64,000 bases of DNA from Bugula neritina (Eukaryota; Animalia; Bryozoa). Positions 1-12,900 of the stretch are shown here, piece after piece. The stretch covers positions 6,849,751 through 6,913,750 of the forward strand of contig OZ037773.1 in assembly GCA_964035545.1 (NCBI GenBank), given 5' to 3'. Both the position numbers and the translations under genes were made by a program. The first letter of the stretch is position 1; every line of letters starts with the position of its first letter. The notes beneath the pieces were generated by a model. The model was not told the origin of the DNA. It ran no database searches and was given only the letters and a program-made list of their open reading frames with translations.

Positions 1-2897
1 TTTAAAATAAATAAATTGGTAATATGAGCTTCATATAAAAAATAATAGGAATGAAACTTTTCACTATTCTTTGCATATTATACGATTACACACCGTGCAT
101 GTAGGAAGATAAGTTCAATACAAACATATGTATTATGAGATTATGACTGTATTACAAATATTTAAACATTTTATATTTTTTCATATTGTGAATTATTAAA
201 AGCCAATTAACATTTTAATGCTTCTAAAACTAACATGTTGACATATAATGATGTTCACATATAAATACTGGATTGTTATAAATACCCTCATTAACCACAA
301 TTTGACTGTGCACCAAAACTTTTATGAGGCTGCATGTTCCAGTTTTTAGCTGTTCTTAAAATTATCTCAAGTTATTATATCTTATAAGATTAGTTTTATA
401 GGCGTAGCTTATTTTTGTTTACAAACTAGCAGAAACTGGTTATGCATGAAAACAATAACTGATGTGTCACCATGATTAAATCAATTAGCATGGAGTCATA
501 TAGAGCCAAGTTGAGTCATTCAAAAATATGGGAATTCAAAAGATTTATTGAAGAAAATTCTGTATATAACGGTATGGGTAACATATTGGTATAATAATAA
601 TTATATGCAATTAGCCTAAGAACATTTGCAGTCAACAACAAGCTCTAATATTGATACTAATTACATAGACCACTGATAATTTATATTTACATTTTACAGG
701 AATGGCTGAAATTGGGTGAAGTTTGCAGATCGAAACTGTCAAATTGATTTAATTTAATTCACTCTTTACTCTGCGTGATTGAAGGTTGAAATTCCCCTAA
801 ACATTTCCTGATAGACTTTTAAACTAGAAGGAAGTGAGAAATTGAACTGTCACTCGCCCAGCCACCTGCTAGCTAAGATGAAGAAAATTTGCCTCTACTG
901 TTGATTGATTTGATTTTAAATCAACAAATCACAGTGAGTAATGGGTGATTTATATTCATTTATATGTCCACCCTATTCAATTAGTAGACAGGTCTACTGT
1001 CTCACGTTAGAAACCAGGAAATTGAGTAATTCAATTAATCATTGTGGACAGAAATTTCAGTTGAAGCAATGGCATTCGCGTGCATATATCAAAAGCTAAG
1101 TGTACGTGTACACTATTCAAGTATAGAGCTCGGAAATAAGGAAGCAGGAATAACGGGTCATGCTAATACGGCTACCTAAACTGTAATAAATAAATACCAG
1201 AGCGTACAACCAATTATATTGTGTGGAGCAAAGACTCACATTGACTCAACAAAACTGCAACTGGTTGCAAAATAATTCAATCCATATAAATGAGGGTTGT
1301 ACAGAGTAGGATAAAATTACTTTTTTAGTATTTATACTAAATAAAACTACAATATCAAAAATATATTGCTGCATACAATTAGCATTTCAGAAAACAAAGC
1401 CACACTAGTGACAGCAACTCTAAGATGAAAAGAAGACTCTTAAAGAAAAGAAGCATTGGTTCCAAATTTTGTTGTTATATAGAATACTAGTTTTATAAAA
1501 TTTATTGTTTATTATAATATTATTCAGTCTGTCTACATGTTATGTGATTGGATTTCTAACTCGAATCATGGGAACATATTATAGTGAATGAAACATCAAA
1601 CCAGCAATACATTAAATTTATTGTTGGTAACAGCTTGAGAATATGTTTTATAAGGATACGTAAATAACTCATAGCACCCTGGCTATAGTAAACACTGTGC
1701 TACTGTTCTTTCAAGAAGAGCTTTTGTGCCAGGGGCACACCATGATAAGCAATGTTGGACAACGAAAATGCACGATTGAATTCAAAATGTATTTGGAAAG
1801 CGCTTATTTTTATCCTTGGTTTTATAGCTGTACTTTAGTAAGTATAACTATAAAATACAAAGTCATCAATAGTTTAAACTAAGAAACATTTAATATTGTT
1901 TTAGTCTGAGAAATACGTCAGAAGGGTAGTTTTTGTCGTAGATAAAGTGAATGTTATTTATTCAAATTCCAAGGAAGATATTTTGCACGCAGATGTTTAT
2001 AAGCCTCTAGAAGGTTCAGTACAGGAAGTATACTTTAGCTCTAATTATTTGTTAACAATGTAACGATAAGCATGATATGTGTTTAATATGATATCAAGTA
2101 TCCTAATGATTACTAATTTCCAACCATGAGATGTGAAATCAACAGAATGTGTTATCTGTTAGTTGTAGATAATGCAGTTATTTGTTACTCATGTTGTATT
2201 ATATTATTCTTAAAATTATATCATATTAGTCAATTGTTATGTGTATTTCTCTTATTATTATATAAATTCCTTTTCTTATTAAATATTTCAACTAAAATAA
2301 TATACCATTTTTACTATTATATATTACTCCTAACAATATTATATACAATTCCAATGATATCATATATTGCCTAAATTATTATCATGAATCATTCATGATA
2401 TTATATATTAATCATATTATCATCATATTATACTAAACTAATGCACTGCATTAATTCACTTATGGTCTATTTTTAGTGTCTGGGGACATTCCTACAAAAG
2501 AACACAAAAACAACTTCAACTTGGCAAGTTTATTAATGCTCTTATAAATGATGATGCTGATTTGTTATACAAAATACATTAAAATTGAAAATCATGCTTT
2601 AGCTTAATGCGGCATAGTTTCATCAAAAGCAGCTGGTGTTTATTTTAATTCAGCTCATTCCAGCATTACTAAATTGGCATAAATACAAAATTCCCATAGA
2701 TCTATAGATGTGGAAGCGTATAATATATTGCACATTGATAGTTAATAATGAAGTATAGGTGGGGCAGTTAGTCATAAATTAAGTTAAAATAAACTAATAA
2801 TAAAGTTTATTTTTTGTATTAGATATTTTATATTATATATAATTTAGCCATTTTAAAACTTTAATAGCTTGACTTCAATCATGTACTTTCTTTCCAG

Positions 2898-5065
2898 GCA
2901 TTGAGTTAGAGAATAAAGAGAAAGTTGTGCACTTTGCCATGACCAAAGTATCCAAAACCGGATCCTCTACTCTGTTTTCTATATTTGCCAGATTTGTTAT
3001 AAATAATGAGTTAAATATTCTTTCACCAGTACCTCCATCATCAGCCATTAACTGGTGGAAAAACCAAAACATATCTGCAGGTATGTATACGAATATACTT
3101 TGTGAGAGGTTTTAGTTGTTTCTAGTTGATAACTTTACTCATCATGAAACCAAACACTCAACATCTGCTTGCAATATATATTTTTAGTAATTTTCATTAA
3201 AAAAGCTAAAGATGATTAGACAAATATATACCAATACATTACATAACTTTGTAGAAAGCTCATCTGCATTTAGCATTTTGCTGTGTAAGTTTTAGGACTG
3301 CTGTACCTTTAAATATTTCCTCTGAAAGAAAGCGTTTACTTTTTAAAACAAATTTGATATGACATTTTAAAGGTGTTTTCTGGTGATTGACAATGCATGT
3401 GTGACAGCTTATATAATATGTTGATATGCCAGCTTTGTGTCAATTATATATACATACATATTATAACCAGCAGACACCTTTAAATGTTTTGACTAATTTA
3501 TTAAATGAACTGTCATGATTGGTTCAAAACAGACCAACCAGGTTAGAAGTTATAACACTTTTATATGAATATTAGTCAATTTATTATAGATTGTTTCATT
3601 GGACCTAGACATGTAGATAAAGCTGATGTTTTGATACACCATGCAAAGTACAGCAAAGATATGTATGATAAGTATTTGGTGAAGGACTATAAGTGGATAA
3701 TTCCAGTGAGAGAGCCGGTGGCATGGTTCAAATCTGCTGTCAGATATAACTACAGATTCCCCAACTACAAGGTGAAAACTGGTTTTACAAGTTTTACAGT
3801 TTTACAATATTCATTACCAGACTAAAAGCAAACTATCAACTGAAAGCAAATTACTAACTGAAAGCAAATTATCAAACTGAAAGCAAATTACTAACTGAAA
3901 GCAAATTACTAACTGAAAGCAAATTACTAACTGAAAGCAAATTATCAAACTGAAAGCAAATTACTAACTGAAAGCAAGTTACTAACTGAAAGCAAATTAC
4001 AAACTGAAAGCAAGTTACCCAACTGATAAACTGATTGAAATGTTATCAATACAGAGTCCAGAAGAGGTTTTGTCAGATAATGCGTTGCTGTACCAGAAAA
4101 CCAGAGGGAGAGTTGGTGAGGCAGCAAAGTTTCATCTGAGGCAGCTGGAATGGCTGGGCTTTGACTACAAGTTACATGACAACATAACTGCTATTAGAGA
4201 GTATATTGCCAAAATAGTTGAAAGGCTTGTACATATTATTATGTAATTACTAAATATGATGTTTAGCACACCATTAGCATCTATAAATGTATTAGCTAAA
4301 AACATTTAGCGTACTGTTAGCAGCTTCTAAACAAAACAAGTAAAAACAATTACTTCAAGCTTCATAAAATAGTTTAACATTTTAATTTAGTAATTAATTT
4401 GCAGCCTCGTGTATATCAAAAGCTATGTTACGCAAACCTATAAATATATTACTCTGATTACTAAATAATGACAAGCTTGCCCTCTTTTTAGAGTGGACAT
4501 CATTATTCTAAATGATCACTTTGATGCATCTCTTCTGCTACTGAGAAAGAAGTTCCGCTGGAAATATACAGACATCTTTTACAAAAGTTTTACCGTTACA
4601 AACTCTTCCCAAGAACTTATGTCACAAAGCGCAATTACCAAACTTCTTTCTATCAACTTGGGAGAACAACTGCTGTACGAAGCTATGAATAAGAGCTGGT
4701 GGAATCAACCTGGAGTAGAGAAGACTAAATTTTGGAATGAGGTTTGCAACTCTTTTGATGTAACTATTCTTTTTAATTTATTTCTCTTATTTTAAAAGCT
4801 GATAAATGTGTCAGCATGGAGCACTTATTGCGGACATCAAAGATTTATAGACTTGAAGCATATGTTTTAGGTTTCCTATTTTAAGTGGCTGAATAGACGA
4901 GTGAATGAAGACGTATGCCCACCTGTACTGAGTTCTAATTCTGAATATCAGATAGAGGCTACAGAGTATCACAATGACCTCTTTGTCTCTGTGAAGCTAT
5001 GCACAGCCTTAAATATGAAAATGAGTAGAGTTAAAAACGTTCTCATGGACTATGCACTTGGATGA
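2898..5065 (+). CDS. Galactose-3-O-sulfotransferase (GAL3ST/cerebroside sulfotransferase)-like protein, catalytic exons ~2898-3080, 3590-3771, 4055-4224, 4492-4741, 4871-5065; 5' exons uncertain (candidates 1391-1626, 1905-2013, 2477-2523)
   Basis: Exons join in phase. 5'-PSB motif FAMTKVSKTGSST (family consensus roughly FLKTHKTASST), LIHH, 3'-PB motif PVREPVAWFKSAVRY, DIIILNDHFDASLLLLRKKFRW (cf. DLVLIxEyFDESLILL) and NLGEQLLYEAMNKSWW; stop TGA at 5063-5065. Confidence 0.85.
3826..4030 (+). repeat. Intronic minisatellite, 18-19 bp unit (AACTGAAAGCAAATTACT), about 11 copies
   Basis: Visible tandem array directly upstream of the acceptor at 4054; explains spurious ORF 3945-4127. Confidence 0.95.
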
Positions 5066-6695
5066 TGGCTGCTCAACCCGAGTGCAATAATGGAAAATTT
5101 TCAACACTCTTAATAAATTTTTTCTTGAAAGTTTTGTAAAACGTTATAAGTTTTTAGTAATTATACTTGTCGTTAATAACACAGGTTTTTCCTACTTTTC
5201 TTATTGTACTGCACCTATAGGTGAGCTAATAGGACCTACTGTTGTTTAAATAGTGACTAATTATTAGTAAATAACTTTTAAGTCATTCCAACAATAACAG
5301 CTAAAAACTAAAACCAGTGTGCATGATCTAATTTTAAAAAGTTGATTTTTCGTACATTTTGTGCATGCATATCTTTAACACATAAGTTTCAGCAACTTGA
5401 TTGTGAAGTTGTAGTCTTGGGGAAGGAAATTATCGTAAGCTATGATTAACAATATGGTTGACCTCAACTGGTCAGTGTATAAGTCTGAACTTTGAATAAA
5501 GAGGTAAAGCCTGTGGCATAAAATGGAAGTTCTCAGTGTTATATTTACAATAGGATTATTCACCATGATTTTCAAAATAATAGACTTAGATACAAGATTT
5601 GTCATAGGGATGGTAATAATGATCATTGTTGCATAATAAATTTGAAATTAATGCAGACATCTTATGCTTGCAATTGGTTATATAGTAACATATTCAACTC
5701 TCACCTATCGGCTGTAGCCAACAGTGTGGCTAGTAACTAGAATCAATCATATATTATGTTAGATTAGTGTTTTACTACTTTTTCAGCAGAGGTATAAATG
5801 CAACTTTATGCCAAGCTCATATCGAAGTAGTTCTATTGTGAGTTATCACAAATCTTCATTATTAAGCGTGTGTACAAAATCAATTACAAAACAAAATTAC
5901 ATGGGCCCTCAACTTTGCAGCTGTATTTTATTGGTAATTAAAATATAATATAACATACATAACATAACATATAACATAACAGGTTGCAATGGAAGTTAAA
6001 TAAGAATTTACATTCAACATTTTAGTAAAGAAAAATGCAATAGGTCTACTATACATTGTATTATGTTTATTATATAGCTGCCCCTGGGAATTACTTTTAG
6101 AGATTAGTTAAGCTGTGAGTAGGAAATAATGGTTGACATTTTATTGTACAATAGAATGCTCAGGCTGAATAACATTAATTACTAAAACTTAAAGCAGTTG
6201 CAATTATATGAAGTATAAATAATGAATAACGAAAAGTAGTTCAAGATAGGAGTTGTGTTTGCATGTCAAAAATGCGAAGACCTACTAATGAACAAACTAG
6301 TGTACAATAATAAGACAATCCAACTATTTAGAATTAAATTATAGTCAATCTAAATTGCGTTATATGTACCTCATGTCCATTACAACAGTGAAGTATGTTT
6401 TCATAAATAAACTTGATTAATAATTCAATGAAAACACATTTAATTACTATTACTATTAGCTGTATAAATGCAGCTATATAATACACATACAAGATATTGG
6501 TTTAGCATAAATACTATAAATAGGTGTCACAATTTATACGTAATATCCTGTGAAATTTAGACTTCAGCTATTTAATAAAAGTAATAGCATTCTAATGAGT
6601 CAAAGTTGAATAAATTTGAATTGTTTAATGCTGTTTAATATTTTTCTAAATTTAGAAGCTGCCATATAGCTATTCAGGTAACTACTTTCATGTCA

Positions 6696-7333
6696 TCAAC
6701 ATACTATTTGTGGTACTTTTCTGCATCTATCTGTGCCACCAGGTTTTCCATGCGTACTGCCTTTCTTAACTGTCGAATCGTAGCAGATAATTCGAATCTT
6801 TTTAGAACAACTTCTTTTGTGCAACTTTCTCGGCTTATTTCTTACAATTTTCATGTTCCAAAATGGCTCGGCGACTGGTAAACTTTGATTTGATTTGGAC
6901 TTGAGTAAATCTTTTAGAAGAACATCATTAAAATTCTAAAATTTAAGTCTTCAAGGTTAGAAAAACTCTAGTGATTTGACAAGAATGCAACTCCAAGGCT
7001 CTTACAAGCATACTAGCTGCTTTGACATTTTCAATAACAATTCTCTCATTCAGTTAAATTGCTTTTCATCGTTTCAACTTTCAGCTAAAGTATTTACAAA
7101 GTTCTCAGTTTAGAGGCTTATCATAAAGTACTTACCATTGCCTTAGTGACTGTACTTACACTGTTGTTTGAATCAATTGAACTGTTATTGTGTAGCAGAA
7201 CAGAGCTTTTGTAGTGCTGCATAGAAGAGTAAGTCATTGAAATCGTCATAAATATTAGCAGAACAAAATTCATTAGATTAACACAATAAAGATACAGCCT
7301 AGTTACTTTCCAGCTACTCACTAGCTTATCCAT
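6696..7333 (-). CDS. Two-exon secreted prepropeptide (145 aa): exon 1 7333-7136, exon 2 6935-6696; predicted 38-aa, 4-Cys cationic mature peptide
   Basis: Exon 1 has a hydrophobic N-terminal segment (LMNFVLLIFMTISMTYS) and ends ATG|GTAAGT in phase 0. Acceptor TTTTAG| at 6936; exon 2 is open for 79 codons: NFNDVLLKDLLKSKSNQSLPVAEPFWNMKIVRNKPRKLHKR-SCSKKIRIICYDSTVKKGSTHGKPGGTDRCRKVPQIVC, followed by TGA TGA. Confidence 0.7.
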
Positions 7334-7761
7334 TTGAGTATTTACAGCAACCCTTCGAAAGCAACTATATACTTAGTTAAACAGGAAATGGTACTTCAAA
7401 TAACAAATAATTTTCCATTGCAGCGTTCATTGTCTTTCCTTCATATACCATTTGTTAACCTCTTTGAACCGATATTTAATGATATCTCAATATATTGTTA
7501 GATTATGTAGTGCATTAAGTTCTAGAATAATTTTCCTATATTTTATACAATATATATCCAGCTAAGAATCACAATGACAGTAATATCAAAATAATATCCC
7601 ACTGCTATTCTACAGCTGCAAAGGTTAAAAGCTGGGCCACCGCGTCTAACATTATAGTGTTAGACCATAGAGGATGTTCATGAATATATATTCCACTAAA
7701 TTTTTATTATTTTTATATATACTTCCCTCAGCGGTTTCAGGCTTCATCATGTGCTAAATTC

Positions 7762-7824
7762 AGCTTCATATATTTTCTGTAATATAAAATACTATAAGTT
7801 ATATTACAGAAATTATGTGAAGCT
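7762..7824. repeat. Inverted repeat: 26-bp arms, 11-nt loop
   Basis: AGCTTCATATATTTTCTGTAATATAA ... TTATATTACAGAAATTATGTGAAGCT, with two mismatches (one can pair as G-U). Confidence 0.9.
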
Positions 7825-9834
7825 ATAACTAGTCAAGTCATTTAATTACTAACAAATTTTCTTTTTATGATATCTTTGTTTTTAGAACATGAAATATTAG
7901 TTTATTTTTACTGTAATGATTGTAATAGTAGATATTTCGTTTATCTATTTGGAATAATGTTTATATATTATATCTGACACGTGGCATTGTAATATTTAAG
8001 CTTTCAAATAGTTAGATTTAATAAATACCTAAGCTCCTTTAGGGGCCGGTGTAAACTTTTTCATAACCAGCTATTTTAAGATGCAATGTCAAATACATAT
8101 ATAATATGTGTTATAGTGTAAGCATTTACTAAATGTTGTAATGTAATTTAAGCATTTAATTAAATGCAAAAACCGCAAAAGATGGACAAAAATTGTTGAA
8201 ATTATACAGAAATAAATCAGTTGGTCTGTAAAAAATGTTGATGACGATTCAAGACATCAACACCACAACATTTGAACAATAAAAATGCTTTAAACTGCCT
8301 AGTTACATAATTATATTATATTATCATTATTGTATCGTATTTGTAAAATATCTGCCCCCACTAGAAACTAAACCCGCAGTCTTGCAACTAGCAAACTAGA
8401 GTGCTACCTATTACATGCATTATAGGAGCTACTGGGGCATGCTATCACCACAATATTGTATATTATGATTATATTATAACTATAAAATAACATGATATGT
8501 TTATATTATAATAATATATATGATGCAAATAATTTTAAATACACATTTTTAACTCCGAGTATTCTTGTTGTTGTATTTTGTTTGTGTTGTATTTGGAGTT
8601 ATCTTGTCGCAATTTGCTACTGGGTTCATTGTGTTGGTTTGCTAATATTATGCTATGCATTAATAAAGATAAACTTACAACATAAAGAATTGCCAGTTAT
8701 TTGCCACAACTTATACAGTCATCTACATCCGAACTAAATTCTCTCTGCTTAAAGCCTGATTATTTCAAATATAAGCTACTTTGATATTAGCAGCCAATAG
8801 ACGCCTAGTATTTGTCTAACAAAATGGACAGCCTTAATTTGAAGAGGCTTGATTTTACAAAACTGGTGCTGAAAAGTAAAGTTATAACTCGCATGCATTC
8901 TTTAGCATAGGTTTTAGACAAGAAAATAAATGACTTATATATTTTAAAAATATTTTTATTAGCTTTACGGGGCATGGACATAGAAAGTGAATTTCAATGA
9001 GCTCTATAAAATCCATAAAACTCAGTCATTTGTGCATTTTTAAAAAAACTAATGAAACTCAATCGCATAATATGTCAGGCAACAATTGATAACATAGTTT
9101 AAAAGTTTTGATCTATGCAGTTAACGTATAGCATTAAAATAAATTAAAAATAATAACAGTAATATAATGTATATATCCTTTCTATATATAATAACTCTGA
9201 CAATTCTAAGTAAACCTCCGCATACTAAGTGAATGGTGACGTCACTCATATGATATAAAGCTAAAGTGTTTAAATTACATAATGTACATACAAAAGAAGT
9301 AAGTATAGTGTCTATGGCACACTTATGAAAATTTTAAACGTACGTTTGATAGCAATAAATTGCTTACCTGTAATGATGATGTCAATATTATTTATAAAAA
9401 ATTTCTGATGCCTACTTCACCTTTATTTTATTTTCAAAACTTTCTCGTGGTGGAAAGACAACTCCATATACATGAGTAAAAGGAAAGAATACAATCCACT
9501 AGGAAGTAACTTTTCTATTTAAACATATAAATTTTAACTTTCTTAAAAGTTAATAAGAGAAGTGGAGACACACAACGCATGCCCCTGGTGCACAACGTGT
9601 GATTAGATTTGCCTTCCTTTTCACATGAACAGATTTTAACTTCTATGGCTACAGACAGAGCATGTATGAAAATTACTAATACAAATTAAATCGCCCAAGA
9701 ATGAGATTTACAGCAGCTATAGTGGTTTGGTTTCAACTTCATAACAAAACCAAAGTTTGTTTCACTTATAAACTGAGTTATACTGCAGTTTAATACCATT
9801 TTTAGATTTCATCAGCATGCGAGAATTAGAGGTA

Positions 9835-9982
9835 GGTGCAGTAATGGAGAATTGAGAAAAGCCTGTGTTCTAGATTAGAACTGTAGCATAAAAAGTGATG
9901 TTCTTGAAAAAATGTCAACCAAAATTTAATAAGATAATTAAAGAGCTTAGGCTATCTCAATTTCTCCACCACTACTGCTCCT
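9835..9982 (+). mobile_element. Short dispersed MITE-like repeat with core GAGAAAAGCCTGTGTTCTAGA; related copies at ~10830-10990 (+), ~11210-11355 (-), ~37025-37110 (+), ~39350-39450 (+)
   Basis: Shared core seen at all listed positions. This copy has imperfect terminal inverted repeats (GCAGTAATGGAGAATTGAGA ... TCTCAATTTCTCCACCACTACTGC). Confidence 0.6.
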
Positions 9983-12900
9983 GAAAAGAGAACTTGCAAG
10001 TAGACTATAGGCTCGCTTAGATGAAGTAGTTTGAGATAATATAATGATTATATGCTGAGTGCTATGCTATAACCATAGAAGTATAAGTTTACAACCATAT
10101 TGGAGGCTAGCAAAACTAGACAAATCACAAGAGTTTCACCTTGGCTTTATGCATAGTAGTCCTAGAAATCATGCATGTCACTATAAATTTTTATATATTC
10201 ATATTATTTTATAATAGCTGATGCTAGCTTATGTGCATTCACTAACTGCATGGGTTTAGAGCGTGATAACAGGGCAGTAGACAGTGGACTAACAATTAGG
10301 GCGTTCGTATGTTGCTCTAATACCATTGAATATATAAGTGTGAATGTAAATACTATTATGTAACACGGCTAGCCATAAACTGTTAAGCAGCTATTAATAG
10401 CTATTGTAGCTTTGTCACAATCTGCTGCACAACCTGCTAGTAGTCTGAAGAATTTTCAGAAACATTTATTATGCAGTTTATGCCTTATTGTGTGCAAATA
10501 TATGTCTGGGTTTACAATTAAATATAAAGTTTGAGCAGTGTACTATGAGTCATTCTATAAAAAAACTCCGAGTTGGGGTGAAAGAGTGCAGTAGTTTGGG
10601 ATTTTCAAGTTTGGGGTGTAAATTGGAACCACATGTAAATAAAATGACAACTAAATATATGCAACAATAATTGCTTCAGTTCTAAAAATAGAAACCTTGC
10701 AAAAGTAGAAGCTAGTCATGAGTGTATTACGGTCACTGATGCGTGAAGATGGTAGCTTTTCTTGAGTAGAAAAACCTTTTTTTAGTCTTAGAATTGAGAT
10801 TTTCATTATGTGAATGGGTTTCGGTGAAGTTAGATGCAGCAGTATTGAAAAAATTGAGGAAAGCCGTGTTCTAGAAGAAAAGTGTAGGGTAGGAACTCTT
10901 GTTCTTGCTAGAAATTAGTATGAAATGTTTTTAAAGAAATGAAAGAACTTGGGCTATTGAAATTTTTTCAGTTTCTCACCTATTTCCGCTTTGCCCTGTT
11001 CGGGTAGCGGAATTGAAATTTATTTAGTATTGCATCTGAATGAATTATTTCATCACTTCTGTCATGATTATATGTGCGTGTGTTGTAAGTTGAACCTCAC
11101 ATTACTTTTATATGCAACTAATATGAAAATATGGTTATCAATATATCAACAACTTATTTGCAGTTTTTGCTTTAATAAAGCATTATCTAAGCATAGTGTT
11201 TTACTGTAACAACTGAGAAACTTAACAGACTAAATTCTTTAACTTTTTAAAAATTTTGTGGGGGCGTCATAGTTGGGATTTCCAAAATAACATAGCTACT
11301 TTTTCTAAAAAATTTACCTAGAACACAGGCTTTCTCCATCTCTGCAATTGCTTACAATGTAATTAAGAGTGGAAATGTATAATATCTTCACTTAGCTTAT
11401 GTTATGGTTTAACATTTGGATTTAAAGATTGATTTAATTTGCAGGCCACCAACTCTCTGCTAATATATACTAGTATGAGTTAGCACTGTTCATAACACTT
11501 GCAGCTATCTTAGATGGTCAGCATGTGTGCATGATTCAGTAATGTTATGTAATATACATGTTATCTTAGTATATTGATCTCACTTCATGGCTGCATAAGT
11601 ATTTGTTATTGGTAAGACAGTTAGATAAGAATGCCAGCATCTCAGAGTTATAATTATATAGTGATACCACTATTGCTAGGCAGTGTGCATAGTAGTAGAC
11701 TATAAAGTGCTATATAGTTATTGAGATCAAATAAATAGAATCTGATAATGTTTATGTTTGAGGTTTGAGATAATGTTTATTCACATAGACTCAACAACTA
11801 AAAGACAACAAAATTATATAAAAATTCATTGTGGAAATACATATAAATTATCAAACAAGTAGACTTGGCTATCAAGATAAAAAATAAAGTATATATTCTT
11901 GCAGAGTGCTGTGACATCAAATGAAATGTACCATGACACATTAAGAGCATCAGATTATGGTTATAAGTAGGTTATTATAGTTACTCCTTAAAGCAATAAA
12001 AGTTACTAAAACTCCTATACTAACAAATCTCTATCAGTAAACTTATAATATACATACCTAATGCAGCCACTACCGCAGCTCATCTTGCTTAGCCTACACT
12101 TTAAGTTATCAAAATCTAGCAAATACTAATACTTATAGAAGTACATTGTTTACACACTTCAGATAGTTTATGTAGCAGGTGGCCAACCTATTGCTGTTGT
12201 TTAATGAACAGCCCAATGACTGTGTTTACTAAGAAGCTAATATAAAGGCTGTAAATGTCAAGGTATTTGTTGTTAAGTATGAAATATTATATAATAACTG
12301 AATAATGTATCGCCAGCAGAATCTTCATTGTCTTTTCCTTGCATTTTGAAGAGAAGGTGACTGCTGTATGCATGGTGCTGCATGTTACTCGTAAATAGGG
12401 GTAAGGGACATCCATCTGCAAATAATATAAAGCAATGAATGCTAAAGTAGCATAGTCTTTTAATGCTGTAAAACTGAACCAAGAAAGTTGTACTTTTTAA
12501 CCAAATTACACACAAGCTTATTTTTTATTACATGTCATATTAGCAAGACATTATTTAACAAAAGCCTTTATTAATTTTTATTTCTGCCTTGGCTTGTATA
12601 AATGCATTTGCTTAAGTCATAAAGCGGTTTTGTATATAATATTCTAGTATATCTTCATGACAACACAATTCAAAACTTTAGTTAAAAATGTTGACCCTGG
12701 AATACTTAGAGCAAGAAAAAGAGGAAAACGAGCAGGGGGTTCGTGGGAAACATCAAGTTAAAAACTCAAGAGTTCCCCTGCCAGCCATCATACTGACCAA
12801 TGCACAATCTGTACGCTATACAAGCTAGATGAACTGCACAGATTAATATTAAATACAGAAGCACTTGGAGCAGAGAGTTTTTTATACGATAGGCAGCACT

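Noticed and set aside
12273-12515. Exon-like segment after a TTTGCAG acceptor
   Set aside because: No partner exons, convincing donor or recognisable motif.
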